Below, piece after piece: positions 28,231 to 35,888 of a DNA stretch of 36,379 nucleotides; position 1 is the first letter of the stretch; every line of letters starts with the position of its first letter. Position numbers and translations under genes: made by a program. Origin of the DNA: Clostridia bacterium (GTDB lineage: Bacteria > Bacillota > Clostridia > UBA1212 > UBA1255); assembly GCA_017622825.1 (NCBI GenBank), contig JAGAQK010000030.1, positions 1-36,379 of the forward strand, written 5' to 3'. Under the pieces are notes generated by a model that was given only the letters and a program-made list of their open reading frames with translations, made no database searches and was not told the DNA's origin.

Positions 28231-29418
28231 TTATATTTTGTTTAGAAGTGCGGGTTCTTTGTTTTCTATGAATTGCAATATCAACAGTGCAATTCCTATT
28301 CTCATACCCACGTCAAATTTAGAGCATTCAAGCCCTGTCATTTTGTTAAACTTTTCAAGCCTGTACATCAACGTATTTCTGTGAATATACAATACTCTTG
28401 AAGCTTCGCTTACATTAAGATTGTTTTCAAGATAAACTTTTACGGTATTTAGAAGTTCTTTTGCCGATTTGTCACTTATAAATCCCTCTCCGAACGTTTC
28501 TTTGACATACTTCACACACGCATCCATCGGTATGGAATATATCAATTTTTCAAGTCCAAGCTTAGAATATTCAAGGCATTTATCAGGCATTTCAAATATT
28601 ACTCCTATATTTTTTGCCTTGTCTGCTTCTACGTAAGCATCATTCAGGTTCATAAGCGATGGTATTGCAGAGCTTATTGACACGTACGTTTCAACCATTG
28701 CTTCAAGAAGTAACGTGTCTCTTATCATATTTGCATAATCCACAACGTATGAATACGTTATTTCTTCTTTAAGAGGGCATACAATCGCGGTTCTTGCATA
28801 ATCTATGGGAATGATCAAAAACCCGCGTTCCGTACCAAAAAGTTCCTGCAAAATGCGGCATATGAGCTCACTGTCGCCTGCCGGCGTGCCTGAAACAATA
28901 TTAAGTGCCACCAAAACCACAGCAAAGCCATTGGCGTTTGCCATATAATCACCGTAAACTGCCTCAATCTGTTCCTCTGTGACGTTTCTTCTGCCTTCTA
29001 TGAGCAACTTTTTGAATATATTTATCAAATCTTTACTGCTTTGTGACTCTCTGTATCTGAAGCCGTGCGCTGCGAGTGCAAGTACGTTTTTGCAGTTATC
29101 TTTTGCCGTCTCGCATCCGCCTTCCTGCGGCGTCTTTAATTTAATAAACATAAAAATTGTCTCGTCACCGTCAACCGTTACGTTCTCGAAAATATATCCG
29201 CTACGTGTGAATTGTGACGCGTCATAAAAGTTGACCGAGTCGTCATTTTGAAGCTCTGTAAAAATCGCCGTAAGCTCTATACAAACAGATTCTTCATTGC
29301 CTGCCCCGCTGTAAAACAACACATGGCCTGTATCGTCTACAATACCGAAATCGCCATCGATATAAGCTGATATTTCTGTTAATTGTTGTTTGTTCGCACT
29401 GCTCAGCAAAAAAGACAC
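28231..29418 (-). CDS. CdaR/PucR-family transcriptional regulator
   Basis: C-terminal HTH NLNVSEASRVLYIHRNTLMYRLEK. The GTG at 29418 overlaps the SD, so TTG 29409 may be the true start. Confidence 0.85.
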   Translation of the reverse strand: MSFLLSSANKQQLTEISAYIDGDFGIVDDTGHVLFYSGAGNEESVCIELTAIFTELQNDDSVNFYDASQFTRSGYIFENVTVDGDETIFMFIKLKTPQEGGCETAKDNCKNVLALAAHGFRYRESQSSKDLINIFKKLLIEGRRNVTEEQIEAVYGDYMANANGFAVVLVALNIVSGTPAGDSELICRILQELFGTERGFLIIPIDYARTAIVCPLKEEITYSYVVDYANMIRDTLLLEAMVETYVSISSAIPSLMNLNDAYVEADKAKNIGVIFEMPDKCLEYSKLGLEKLIYSIPMDACVKYVKETFGEGFISDKSAKELLNTVKVYLENNLNVSEASRVLYIHRNTLMYRLEKFNKMTGLECSKFDVGMRIGIALLILQFIENKEPALLNKI

Positions 29419-29525
29419 CTCCTAATATACACACAGATATAATTATATACTAATTCTACACAAAAGCAAATACATTTCTTCGTGACGGACGGTGTCAAGT
29501 GGGGCTGAAATTTTTTGTTCACCCT

Positions 29526-29818
29526 TGAGTTTGAATCGACCTCGACAGGGGAAAATTTATGCGGAAATTTGAAAAACCCGCATAAATTCCGTTTGTCTCT
29601 GGAGTTCAAATCGACCTCGACCGGGAAAATTTATGCGGAAATTTGAAAAACCCGCATAAATTCTGTTTATCTCTGGAGTTCAAATCGACCTCGACCGAGA
29701 AAATTTATGCGGAAATTTTAAAAACCCGCATAAATTCCGTTTGTCTCTGGAGTTCAAATCGACCTCGACCGAGAAAATTTATGCAGAAATTTGAAAAACC
29801 CGCATAAATTCCGTTTGT
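29526..29818. repeat. Tandem repeat, 4 copies of a 74-bp unit, each with an 11-bp inverted repeat
   Basis: Units start at 29526, 29601, 29675 and 29749. Consensus GGAGTTCAAATCGACCTCGACCGRGAA-AATTTATGCGG-AAATTTGAAAAAC-CCGCATAAATT-CCGTTTGTCTCT. Confidence 0.95.
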
Positions 29819-29873
29819 TATACACCAAGAAACTATTCTCTGTAAAAATCAGCAAAAAAGTTCAAAAAAGGGG

Positions 29874-29903
29874 TTGACAAGCAGATAACATTTTTAGTAT
29901 AAT
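29874..29903 (+). promoter_or_regulatory. Sigma-A promoter of the tRNA pair
   Basis: TTGACA, 18 nt, TATAAT, with phased A-tracts upstream (UP-element-like). Confidence 0.8.
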
Positions 29904-29954
29904 AGCCGAGCGTTCTCGCCGGACGTACAATTCGGTCGTTTGGTGAGTTCATAT

Positions 29955-30031
29955 GGCGGCGTAGCTCAGTTGGCCAGAGCATCCGGTTCATACCCGGCAG
30001 GTCATAGGTTCAAATCCCATCGCCGCTACCA
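29955..30031 (+). tRNA. tRNA-Met (CAT), elongator type
   Basis: GGCGGCG acceptor stem, D arm GCTC/GAGC, anticodon loop TTCATAC, T loop TTCAAAT, encoded CCA. Lacks initiator hallmarks. Confidence 0.92.
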
Positions 30032-30033
30032 TC

Positions 30034-30108
30034 GGCCCCTTGGTCAAGTGGTTAAGACATCGCCCTTTCACGGCGGCGACACGAGTTCGAATCTCGTAGG
30101 GGTCACCA
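30034..30108 (+). tRNA. tRNA-Glu (TTC)
   Basis: GGCCCCT/AGGGGTC acceptor stem, anticodon loop CTTTCAC, T loop TTCGAAT, encoded CCA. Confidence 0.95.
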
Positions 30109-30115
30109 CAATCAG

Positions 30116-30152
30116 AAAAAGCACCATCTCTTATCGGGTTGGTGCTTTTTTT
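30116..30152 (+). terminator. Rho-independent (probably bidirectional) terminator after the tRNAs
   Basis: AAAAAGCACCA...TGGTGCTTTTTT. Confidence 0.85.
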
Positions 30153-30419
30153 ATACTGTTTAGTTATCGTACTATCAGAATTATATGTATATTCCGACCG
30201 ATACAATAGTTAATGTTTTTTAAGTTGCAGGACCTGCAATAATAATTTCTTTTTTAAATTGGCAGTTTTAGCCCATATTGCTTAGAAATCGCAGCAAGGC
30301 AAAAACTTCATCAATAATTGTTAAGTCGCAAACAATAAAAAGGCGCAACAAAAACAAATATTTATAAATAATAATACTTCAACACAACTATTTTGTTATG
30401 CTAAAAAAGTAAAATTTGT

Positions 30420-30551
30420 TTACATATTTGCCATCCACGATCCCAACATATATCCCAAATCATATAATGTATTTAAGCCCGCTGGAATCAAATAAAAAGC
30501 AATGGCTATAACAAGGCTTTTTGAAATCTTTTTTTCCTTTATATCCATCAT
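30420..30551 (-). CDS. Small 43-aa membrane peptide, candidate bacteriocin immunity or partner peptide
   Basis: Not in the ORF track. AAAGGAG lies just upstream of ATGATG. Translation: MMDIKEKKISKSLVIAIAFYLIPAGLNTLYDLGYMLGSWMANM. Confidence 0.55.
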   Translation of the reverse strand: MMDIKEKKISKSLVIAIAFYLIPAGLNTLYDLGYMLGSWMANM

Positions 30552-30747
30552 AAACTCCTTTACCAAACATAGCAGCACCACCCGCAATAAGGGCACCTAC
30601 TCCAATTTTATACCCCAAATCATACAATTCATTGTATCCGGCAGCAACCGTAAAAACGCCAAGAGCAATTTGTTACCATCCGCCTTGTACCTTTTCCATC
30701 TCGCCTTGAGACATATTATAGAAAACATTAGCTTTAATCATTTCCAT
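30460..30747 (-). pseudogene. Double-glycine-leader (class II) bacteriocin precursor interrupted by an in-frame TAA
   Basis: SD AAGGAGG, then MEMIKANVFYNMSQGEMEKVQGG|W-TAA(30675-30673)-QIALGVFTVAAGYNELYDLGYKIGVGALIAGGAAMFGKGVYDGYKGK... The frame stays open to TGA at 30460. Confidence 0.7.
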
Positions 30748-31068
30748 AATTATGTACCTCCTTAAAAATTTTATTATATTAAGGCAAATACATTTGAAGC
30801 CGTACGCACTTCAAATAAATATTACCATAACACCAATTACAAAACAATAACAATATTGCTTGTGGTTAAACCTTTTGTTTCTTCGCTTCTTTTACAGTAA
30901 CAACATACAAAAGTGTATTGGGCTTTAACTTTTCATTTTGTATGTGCTCTGCCAAAAGAGGATATAGCTGATTGGCTGACAGTTAACTAACCAAACTTGA
31001 TAATTTTTATAATTTTAGCTAATATAAAGATAACAAGTTGATATCTTTATGGATTTGAGGAGGTTTTT

Positions 31069-32040
31069 ATGCCGCTTGAAATAGTAAGAAACGATATAAC
31101 AAAAATGAAGGTGGATGCCGTCGTCAATGCCGCTAACGAATCACTGCTCGGTGGCGGAGGTGTTGACGGTGCAATTCATTATGCCGCAGGCGTGGAACTT
31201 CTCGAAGAGTGCAGAACGCTTGGCGGTTGCAAGACGGGTAAGGCGAAAATCACAGGTGGATATAAATTGCCGGCCAAGTATGTAATACATACCGTAGGCC
31301 CTATTTACGAGGACGGCAAGCACGGAGAAAAGGCATTGCTTGAATCCTGTTACCGCGAGTCTTTAGCTCTTGCAAAGGCACACGACTGTGAGACCGTTGC
31401 TTTCCCGCTTATATCTTCAGGTGTGTACGGATACCCCAAGGACCAGGCACTAAAGGTTGCCATCGACGTTATCAGTGAATTCCTTCTAAAAAACGAAATG
31501 ATGGTTTATATCGTCATCTTCGACAAAGCTGCATATAAGATAAGTGAAAAGCTGTTTTCTGATATTGCCGAATACATTGACGATAATTACGTGCACGAGC
31601 ATACCAAATACCTTTGTGGTAGTATTCGAATGAATGCACCGATGATTTCCTACACAAATTTCGAGAAAACAGATGATTTAGCGGCAAAGCTCCGGCAGAT
31701 TGACGAAAGCTTTTCACAGATGCTTCTGCGCAAGATAGACGAGAAAGGCATGACTGATGCCGAGTGCTATAAGAAAGCAAACATTGACCGCAAGCTATTC
31801 TCCAAAATCCGCAGTGATATTAATTACAAGCCAAGCAAACCTACCGCACTTGCCTTTGCAATTTCCTTGGAGCTTTCTCTTGCAGAAACCGAAGAAATGC
31901 TCCGCAAGGCAGGGTTTGCACTGTCACACAGTAACAAGTTCGATATTATCATCGAATATTTTATAAGCCGTGGCAACTACAATATTTTTGAAATCAATGA
32001 AGCTCTGTTTGCTTTTGATCAGAGCTTGTTAGGAGCGTGA
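31069..32040 (+). CDS. Macrodomain (O-acetyl-ADP-ribose deacetylase-like) protein fused to a C-terminal XRE-like helical domain
   Basis: [40 protein letters not shown]; C-terminal [21 protein letters not shown]-like segment. Confidence 0.88.
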   Translation: MPLEIVRNDITKMKVDAVVNAANESLLGGGGVDGAIHYAAGVELLEECRTLGGCKTGKAKITGGYKLPAKYVIHTVGPIYEDGKHGEKALLESCYRESLALAKAHDCETVAFPLISSGVYGYPKDQALKVAIDVISEFLLKNEMMVYIVIFDKAAYKISEKLFSDIAEYIDDNYVHEHTKYLCGSIRMNAPMISYTNFEKTDDLAAKLRQIDESFSQMLLRKIDEKGMTDAECYKKANIDRKLFSKIRSDINYKPSKPTALAFAISLELSLAETEEMLRKAGFALSHSNKFDIIIEYFISRGNYNIFEINEALFAFDQSLLGA

Positions 32041-32044
32041 AACG

Positions 32045-32401
32045 ATGATTAAATTTATATGTTACCCAAAATGTACAACATGTCAAAAAGCTCAAAAATG
32101 GCTCGACGAGAACCATATCGAATATGCATTCAGAGATATTAAGCTCGATAAACCTACGCTTGAAGAACTGACCAATTGGCATAAAAAAAGCGGTTTGCTA
32201 CTCAAAAAGTTCTTTAATACAAGCGGTCTGCTATATAAATCTCTCGACTTAAAAAACAAGCTTCCCACTATGACCGAGGACGAGATGCTGAAGCTTCTTG
32301 CAAATGACGGTATGCTTGTAAAACGCCCGTTGCTCGTTGGAGACGACTTCGTGCTTGTTGGGTTTAAGGAAGCTGAGTGGAGTGCCTCTTTAAGCAAATA
32401 A
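32045..32401 (+). CDS. ArsC/Spx-family (YffB/YusI-like) thioredoxin-fold protein
   Basis: CTTCQKA (CxxC), FFNTSGLLY, MLVKRP, VGFK. Confidence 0.88.
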   Translation: MIKFICYPKCTTCQKAQKWLDENHIEYAFRDIKLDKPTLEELTNWHKKSGLLLKKFFNTSGLLYKSLDLKNKLPTMTEDEMLKLLANDGMLVKRPLLVGDDFVLVGFKEAEWSASLSK

Positions 32402-32404
32402 TTT

Positions 32405-32421
32405 GTCGCTTGCCATGCGAC
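32405..32421. promoter_or_regulatory. Palindromic operator candidate GTCGC-N7-GCGAC
   Basis: GTCGCTTGCCATGCGAC in the 79-bp gap before the VWA gene, upstream of a -10-like TAGGAT/GATAAT. Confidence 0.5.
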
Positions 32422-32480
32422 CTAACCTTTCTTTTATTGATGTAGGATAATGACATCAAACGAAAGAGAGGTTATTAATT

Positions 32481-33131
32481 ATGAAAAACAACATTACCGA
32501 AATCATATTTATTTTGGACAGAAGTGGGTCTATGGCCGGTTTGGAAAGCGATACTATCGGAGGCTTCAACTCAATGATTGAAAAGCAGAAGAAGCAAAAT
32601 GGTGACTGCTATGTCTCCACAGTGCTTTTTGACAACGAAAGTGAAGTTCTCCATGACCGTGTAAAGCTTCACGATATTCCTCTAATGACTGACAGGGATT
32701 ATACCGCACGCGGTTGTACGGCTCTTATCGATGCTATTGGCGATGCCATTCAACACATTGGTATCATTCATAAGTATGCCCGTCCCGAAGACGTACCACA
32801 GCATACGATGTTTGTCATCACAACTGACGGGCAGGAAAATGCCAGCCGCCGTTACACAAGTGAGCAAGTCACGAAAATGATCGAGCGACAAAAAGAGAAA
32901 TATGGATGGGAATTCTTATTCATCGGAGCAAACATTGATGCCGTAGAAACCGCAGCCCGCTATGGCATTAGTAATGACAGAGCAGTTAACTACAGCGCGG
33001 ACGAGAAAGGCACACGTGTTTTATACGAAGCAGTCGCCGATGCAGTCTGTTGTGTAAGAAATGGCGAAGGTATTCAGACCGCTTGGAGCAAAGATATCAA
33101 AGCCGACTATCAAAAGCGCGGCAAAAAATAA
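32481..33131 (+). CDS. Stand-alone von Willebrand factor A (VWA) domain protein
   Basis: MIDAS motif LDRSGSM, GCTALIDA, ITTDGQEN, WEFLFIGAN. Confidence 0.9.
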   Translation: MKNNITEIIFILDRSGSMAGLESDTIGGFNSMIEKQKKQNGDCYVSTVLFDNESEVLHDRVKLHDIPLMTDRDYTARGCTALIDAIGDAIQHIGIIHKYARPEDVPQHTMFVITTDGQENASRRYTSEQVTKMIERQKEKYGWEFLFIGANIDAVETAARYGISNDRAVNYSADEKGTRVLYEAVADAVCCVRNGEGIQTAWSKDIKADYQKRGKK

Positions 33132-33154
33132 ACTCTACGGTAAAAGCCAACTTC

Positions 33155-34756
33155 TTATGCTCCCTTGATTGAAATACCAGAAACGGTAGCCTTTGAAAGA
33201 TGCGCGAACGTTCCGAAGTATCCTGACTTCGCGAACTTAGTGGAGCTTATAATCAAATATTTATTGCTGCCATTCCAAACAATCGACTGACTGCTTCCCG
33301 TGTCAAGCGTTATGCTAAGAAGCAGCGTTTCGGCGCCTGTTGACGAAACGTGGTAGTATTTTATAACGTCACCGCTGTCAACTACTACGATTTTTTGCGC
33401 AGACGAAACGCTCGCGGGCAAATCAACGCCCACTTCTCTGACCGGCCATATTTTGGGATTGCCGAAATACACACTTGCTTTATTTTCGGTAAAGGCTACC
33501 CACACGCCGCCCAACGCGCCATTCGGGAAATTCTTGGCAGGATCAGGTATTCTCGCGCCTATGTAACAAGCGTTCCAATAGTTTGTATCAGATGAAGAAG
33601 GTACTGATTGTACTTTAACGTGCAATTCATATTGGTTGTATCCAACGCCGGGCTGATACTTGTAATCAAGATTATAGCTTTTAGCGCCGCCATTCCATGA
33701 ATAATTAGCTTTCTTGAAAACTTCCTTGGCAGTTGCTTTGGGTACAGCAACTGTTTCAGAAGGTTTTACGTAAATTGAAGCGTTATTTATAGGAATTTTG
33801 CTTGTATTAGGTCTGTATGCAAACATAAAATTGTTTATAGCCTCTCTGAAAGGCTGTTTGCCACGCGTAACCTCAGTGCCCGTTGTACCTGTAATACGAG
33901 CCTGGCTACCTGCATCATATCTTAAAAATTTGTTATCTGCACCTTTGCTGCTTGCGCAGAAGAATATGTGTCCCGGTACTCCACCTTCCTGTGGATTAAT
34001 AAACACTATATCCCCTGCTTTAAGTCTATTAACGCTGGTAATCTTTTCAAAACCTTGTTCCACGCACCATTCTTCAAGATTATCAACTGTCATACCATAA
34101 TTATATATCTGATTTGTAAATCCTACTCTGAAAAGCACCCAGCCTATAAGTCTGTCACAACTTATTAATCTCTCCGTAGGATTTATTGAACTGTTAACGT
34201 CAAGAGCGCCCCAATTGTACGCAGGGTTAATCGTCGGATTGCCATATTTAAATCTCTTTGCTCGCATAAAATCAGTAACATTTTGCGCTTCTTCAAGAAT
34301 TTTCTTTACGAGCGAATCATAATCCGTCGGAAAGATAGGAGACGGAGATGGTGTTGTCGTAGGTGTCGGGGTTTTCGTCGGCGTTTGTGTAGCCGTTGGT
34401 GTCGGTGTTTGTGTTGGCGTCGGCGAATATGTAGTCGACGTCGGCTTCAATGTAGGTGTAGGAGTGGGTTTCTGGGTAGGCTCGAGCGTTGGTTCAGATG
34501 TTAGCGTTGCCGTTGGCGTCTCGGTTGTTCCCTCTGTAGTAGCTGCAGAAGGCGCCGGCGTAAACTCGCCATCAGGTTTTCCCGTAGCTTGCTGCGTTAC
34601 CGACGTAGTCGGTACTGCGGTATTCGTCCCCGCACTAACTGCCGGATGCGTCTTATTGTTTTCGTCATTTGTTGATGTAGCACATCCAAATACAGGCACA
34701 ACAATGACTAAACATAACAACAAGCAAACAAAAGATTTGCTCAATTTACTCATCAT
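33155..34756 (-). CDS. Lipoprotein with a Thr/Pro linker, a putative NlpC/P60-superfamily (amidase-like) Cys-His-Asp domain and a C-terminal beta-rich domain
   Basis: Lipobox VFGC; PT-rich linker; ISCDRLIGWVL...LKAGDIVF...PGHIF...RYDAGS. Confidence 0.7.
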   Translation of the reverse strand: MMSKLSKSFVCLLLCLVIVVPVFGCATSTNDENNKTHPAVSAGTNTAVPTTSVTQQATGKPDGEFTPAPSAATTEGTTETPTATLTSEPTLEPTQKPTPTPTLKPTSTTYSPTPTQTPTPTATQTPTKTPTPTTTPSPSPIFPTDYDSLVKKILEEAQNVTDFMRAKRFKYGNPTINPAYNWGALDVNSSINPTERLISCDRLIGWVLFRVGFTNQIYNYGMTVDNLEEWCVEQGFEKITSVNRLKAGDIVFINPQEGGVPGHIFFCASSKGADNKFLRYDAGSQARITGTTGTEVTRGKQPFREAINNFMFAYRPNTSKIPINNASIYVKPSETVAVPKATAKEVFKKANYSWNGGAKSYNLDYKYQPGVGYNQYELHVKVQSVPSSSDTNYWNACYIGARIPDPAKNFPNGALGGVWVAFTENKASVYFGNPKIWPVREVGVDLPASVSSAQKIVVVDSGDVIKYYHVSSTGAETLLLSITLDTGSSQSIVWNGSNKYLIISSTKFAKSGYFGTFAHLSKATVSGISIKGA

Positions 34757-34794
34757 ACCATCTCCTTGAGTATTTTACGTATTATATGGTATTC

Positions 34795-34823
34795 ATTATA
34801 CGCGTCTCGGCAGTACTTTTCAA
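34795..34823 (-). promoter_or_regulatory. Sigma-A-like promoter of the 533-aa lipoprotein gene
   Basis: Minus strand TTGAAA, 17 nt, TATAAT. Confidence 0.6.
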
Positions 34824-34916
34824 CAAAAAAGCCCACGCCATTTTTAACATTTTTGTAAATGCACTTTGTTTTTTTTGCGACTTTATACCTACCGGGAGAG
34901 AACAAACTCTTTCATT

Positions 34917-35627
34917 TCATTTTTTTACAGGTCTGTATGCAAACATAAAGTTATGTATCGGTTCACTTGATGGCTGAACAGATTGTATTCTTGTATCCGA
35001 CCCGCAATCATATCTAAAATGATTATTGCCCGAGTCATGTCCTGCATAAAGGAAAGTGTGTCCCGGATAAATAACCCCTGATTTAGACACTTTTGGAGTA
35101 ACAAATACAATATCACCGGCTTGCAATTCATCTACATTTTCAATTCTTGTAAAACCATGCTTTTCGCACCAAGTTTCAAAATCATGATCATTTCTTCTGG
35201 AATCAAAAACATATATACCGTTTTCTTCTGGCTGATCCGTAAAACCTACATCATAAAGAGCCCAACATACAAATCTATCACAGCTAACAAGCTTCGCTTC
35301 GCAATTCATAGCAGGATTCATTGGTGCATGGCCATATTTAAAACCTGCCTCACGCACAAAATCAGTAATTCTCTTTCCAGAACTTAAAATATCAGCAACA
35401 AGCTCCGAGTGAGTAGTATACACTACTTTATTTGAGGAATCATAAACCTGATATCCGTATTGAGCAAGCTTATCAGCCTTCTCTTTAGCCTCATCAATAT
35501 CAGTATAACTATACTCCTCCATCTCGGCTCTTGCAGTTTTAACGTAATACCTATTGCTACAACTAGTTCCCGTAAAAGCCATCATCAAAATCACTCCAAA
35601 AAGTACAATTCTCAATAGTTTTTTCAT
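34917..35627 (-). CDS. Secreted or lipoprotein paralog of the adjacent Cys-His-Asp hydrolase domain
   Basis: Signal peptide ending GTSC; VSCDRFVCWAL...LQAGDIVF...PGHTF...RYDCGS...NFMFAYRP. Confidence 0.72.
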   Translation of the reverse strand: MKKLLRIVLFGVILMMAFTGTSCSNRYYVKTARAEMEEYSYTDIDEAKEKADKLAQYGYQVYDSSNKVVYTTHSELVADILSSGKRITDFVREAGFKYGHAPMNPAMNCEAKLVSCDRFVCWALYDVGFTDQPEENGIYVFDSRRNDHDFETWCEKHGFTRIENVDELQAGDIVFVTPKVSKSGVIYPGHTFLYAGHDSGNNHFRYDCGSDTRIQSVQPSSEPIHNFMFAYRPVKK

Positions 35628-35756
35628 TATTACACCGCCCGTAACAATTATTATATCTTCATACTAAAACTTTTTTTCAAGCAAGTCAAGAAATATGATT
35701 GAAAATTGCCCAACTCAAGTTAATTATTGTCTCTGTCCGGCCACAAAAATCCCCTA

Positions 35757-35785
35757 TTGACATTCCAAGAAATATTGTGTATAAA
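35757..35785 (+). promoter_or_regulatory. Sigma-A-like promoter of the last gene
   Basis: TTGACA, 17 nt, TATAAA. Confidence 0.55.
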
Positions 35786-35888
35786 ATATATAGAGAATAT
35801 GACAAAATTATTAACGCGACATCAACAAAAATCAAGGGTGCCGTTTTACGGCATTTTTATTTTGTCGTTTGTCTGTTTGGAGAGAATT

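Noticed and set aside
29403-29609. 68-aa ORF across the repeat
   Set aside because: The repeat period is not a multiple of 3, there is no SD, and it overlaps the cdaR-like start region.
29526-29818. CRISPR array
   Set aside because: The whole 74-bp unit repeats, there are no unique spacers, and no cas genes are in the window.
29940-30209. ORFs of 89 aa (+) and 72 aa (-)
   Set aside because: They are chance frames over the two tRNA genes.
30673-30675. Stop-codon reassignment or programmed readthrough of TAA
   Set aside because: TAA ends many ordinary genes in this window (murD, hom, rpmA). A nonsense mutation or sequencing error is simpler.
30502-30765. 87-aa plus-strand ORF
   Set aside because: It is the antisense shadow of the bacteriocin remnant, which has the SD and the recognisable leader.
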